From the NCBI GenBank assembly GCA_976551045.1, contig CDPCPM010000037.1, positions 29,822,001-29,886,000 on the forward strand: DNA of 64,000 nt, in the 5' to 3' direction. The notes under the pieces were generated by a model that saw only the letters and a program-made list of their open reading frames with translations, was not told the origin of the DNA and made no database searches. The stretch is from Glaucostegus cemiculus. Lineage: Eukaryota. Both the position numbers and the translations under genes were made by a program. Shown here in pieces: positions 61,400 to 64,000 of this stretch (positions are counted from its first letter, which is position 1; the number at the start of each line of letters is the position of its first letter).

Positions 61400-62040
61400 G
61401 ACACTTCCCTGTCACCCCTTTTTCCTCGTTCAGCTCTGCTGAGCAGCTGCTGGTCTTGTTTGGTTTGGTTCTAGTTTGTCAAGAGAAGGAACTGCAGACC
61501 CCCAAGATGCTCCGTGCTTATCTCCGCCCTTCTTGCGTCAAGCAGCTTGCAGGATATTAGGCAAGTGCCCAGCGTCCAGTCTGTGCCAAGGATGGAAGAA
61601 GATCAACATATGTCAAGGTCGCACCATTGCCAATAGCAGGACTTTTATGGGCAAAGGCAGTGAGACAGGTTGTAAAGGCAGGAGTCAGAAAGAGCTTCGG
61701 AGGAGCACAACGATTCCTCAACACCCATCCCCATCATCTCTGGCTGCACGTCATGGAATTCCTTACCCTGCTCCCTCCCACTGCCGTGAGAGTACCTTTG
61801 CCAAGTAGGATTAATGTGCTTCAAGCCATCTTCTCAAGGACAAATAGGGATGCACAAGAAATGCCAGCCATGCCAGCGATGCCCACATCCTGGAAACCAA
61901 TAAATAAAGTTCCACCACACCTTGCTGTCTTTCCTCAGTTTATTTCCCTCATTCACATCCAGTTTCCTCCTCAGAATGTTTCTGACCCATTCCCATCGAT
62001 GCGCCTTTGAGACTGATTCTCACGGCTTCCCTACAAGTTC
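61400..62040 (-). mobile_element. Probable degenerate RTE LINE 3' fragment
   Basis: Resembles a reverse RTE C-terminal region (atgccagcgatgcccacatcc, gttccaccacaccttg); no intact ORF. Confidence 0.4.
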
Positions 62041-62169
62041 CCTGGTCACACTATTTCTCTTCCTTCCACCTACCTCCCATCTCCACCACACCCCCACCCT
62101 CTACTTACACTCATGCCATTGGGGAAAAACTGCCCCAGCTCCCTCACTGATTCGCTCACATTCAAAAAC

Positions 62170-62952
62170 CCGCTGCATCATCAATGGGTCTGCTGTAGAA
62201 CAAGTAGGCAACACCAAGTTCCTGGGGGTGCACATCACTGATGACCTGACCTGGTCCACTAACACCACAGCCCTCACTAAGAAAGCCCAGAAACGCCTCT
62301 ACTTCTTGCAGAGACTGAGGAAAGTGAACTCCCATCCCTCGATAATGAAAACTTTTTATAGAGGGACCATTGAGAACATCCTAACTTAATGCATCACTGT
62401 CTGGTTTGGGAGCTGCTCAGCTGCTGGACGAAAGTCCCTCCAGAGGATAGTAAGAGCAGTGGAGAAGATCATAGGTGTCTCTCTCGCCTCCATCACAGAC
62501 ATATACAAGGACCATTGCGTTAGGAAGGCCAAAAATATAATGTCAGATCCTTCTCACTCATCCCATCATCTCTTCACACTCTTGCCGTCTGGAAAGAGGC
62601 TCAAATGCATCAGGGTGAGAACGACGAGGCTGTGTAATAGCTTCTTCCCGCAAGCCATCAGATCTGCGAACTCTCTCATTCCTCCATCTACCCTGTTAAC
62701 ACTAAAGGGTGCTAGGCGCTCAGAAACGCACCAGCACTTTAAATGCCCGCCATCAGTTTGTTCACTTTAAATCTATTTATTTAACCTGCTGAATTAAATT
62801 TAATTTTTGTGGTTTTAATGTTTATTTTAGTGTGTGTCAGTGTGTCACTTTTGCTTGTTATTTAATGTGACGTGCACCTGTGGAGGACGGTATCTCGCTC
62901 CTATGCATACTGTGTGTGTGTATATGGTTGTGACAATAAAAATGATTCTGAA
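62170..62952 (+). mobile_element. Rex/Babar LINE 3' fragment; same subfamily as 19795-20400
   Basis: INGSAVEQVGNTKFLGVHITDDLTWS..KKAQKRLYFL and DPSHSSHHLF..LPSGKRL..SFFPQAIR. Confidence 0.9.
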
Positions 62953-62969
62953 AACTCTTCTCAGCTTCA

Positions 62970-63402
62970 ACATAGAACAGTACAGTACAGGAACTGTACT
63001 GCCTCTTAAAAGCCTCTATCATATCTGCTTCCACTTCCCTCCCCAACAGCCCATTCCAGGCACCACCACTGTGTAAAAAAAAAACTTGCCCACACATCTC
63101 CTTTAAACTTTCTCCCTCTCACCTTAAATGCATGTTCTCTAGTACTGACATTTCTACCCTGGGAAAAAGATATCAGCTGTCTACTCTACCTATGTCTCTC
63201 ATAATCTTATAAACCTCCATCAGGTCTCCCCTCAGCATCACCCGCTCCAGAGAAAACAACCCAAGTTTGTCCAACCTCTCCTTATAGCACATGCCCTCTA
63301 ATCCAGACAACATCCTGGTAATCCCCTTCTGAACCCTCTCCAAAGCCTCCACATCCTTCCTGTGATAGGGTGACCAGAATTGCACACAATACTCCAAGTG
63401 CC
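62970..63402 (-). mobile_element. CR1 LINE 3' fragment
   Basis: EYCVQFWSPYHRKDVEALERVQK...LGLFSLER. Confidence 0.88.
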
Positions 63403-63428
63403 TTGCTATTTTTTGATTACTTACTACT

Positions 63429-63681
63429 TTTTACAAAAAATTTTTTTTATTTACAGCGAGGTAACAGGCCCTTTTAGCCCTGAGTCCACGCTGCTCATTT
63501 TTAACCCCCAAATTAACCTACCCGTACATCTTTCGGAATGTGGGAGGAAACCGGAGCACCCGGAGGAAACCCACGCAGACACGGGAGAACGTACAAACTC
63601 CTTACAGACAGCGACGGGAATCAAACCCCGATCGCTGGCGCTGTAACAGCGTCATGCTAACCACTACGCTATTGTGCCGCC
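63429..63681 (-). mobile_element. V-SINE type A
   Basis: Reverse copy of the 2206-2485 element. Confidence 0.87.
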
Positions 63682-64000
63682 TAGAACAAGGCCATTTTGC
63701 CCATTGTGTTCATGCCAGACCCCAGCAGAGCCATCCCATCGGTCCCATTCCCCTTCCTCTTTCTTCCCTGAAGCCTGTAACTGATTCTACTTCACAAGCA
63801 CATTAATTCTCCTTTGACTCATTTACCTCTTACCTACATGCGGTCACAGGGAGAATGTGCAAACACACAGACAGCACCTGAGGTCAGGATTGAACCAGAG
63901 TCCTTGAAGCAGTACTAACTGCCCCACTGACTATCTGCACTTCCCTCAGGAAAGCAGCCAACATAATCAAGGACCCCTCCCACCAAGGTCATTCTCTCTT

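Noticed and set aside
58000-64000. Expected upstream neighbour gene (PIGU in human)
   Set aside because: No exon-like sequence recognised; the region is mostly repeats.
1-64000. Prokaryotic-type systems (CRISPR arrays, operons) or an intact autonomous retroelement
   Set aside because: The sequence is spliced vertebrate DNA with no repeat-spacer array, and every LINE/Penelope copy is truncated or disrupted.

Overview
Eukaryotic, repeat-rich genomic DNA. The V-SINE/CR1/Rex-Babar/Penelope repeat content suggests a cartilaginous fish, probably a ray (inference). The window holds almost the whole TP53INP2 (DOR) gene on the minus strand: promoter and likely non-coding exon at about 57.3-57.9 kb, then coding exons 37488-37371, 18711-18381 and 13902-13653 (232 aa, splice phases checked by hand). 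Converging on it from the plus strand is the terminal exon of NCOA6 (3205-3257, ending KRRKSK*), the same tail-to-tail arrangement as in human. Nearly all ORF-track entries are LINE/SINE or microsatellite translations. Most notable observations: (1) a family of Penelope-derived repeats carrying minimal type I hammerhead ribozyme motifs with covarying stems, two with intact cores in the TP53INP2 pre-mRNA sense; (2) two long back-to-back hairpins in intron 1 (40135-40448); (3) a candidate distant branch point with a 153-nt AG-exclusion zone before the second coding exon; (4) one V-SINE body with two different LINE-like tails; (5) several local inverted duplications. Gene coordinates are base-exact by manual reading; repeat boundaries are approximate, and family names come from motif recognition, not database searches.
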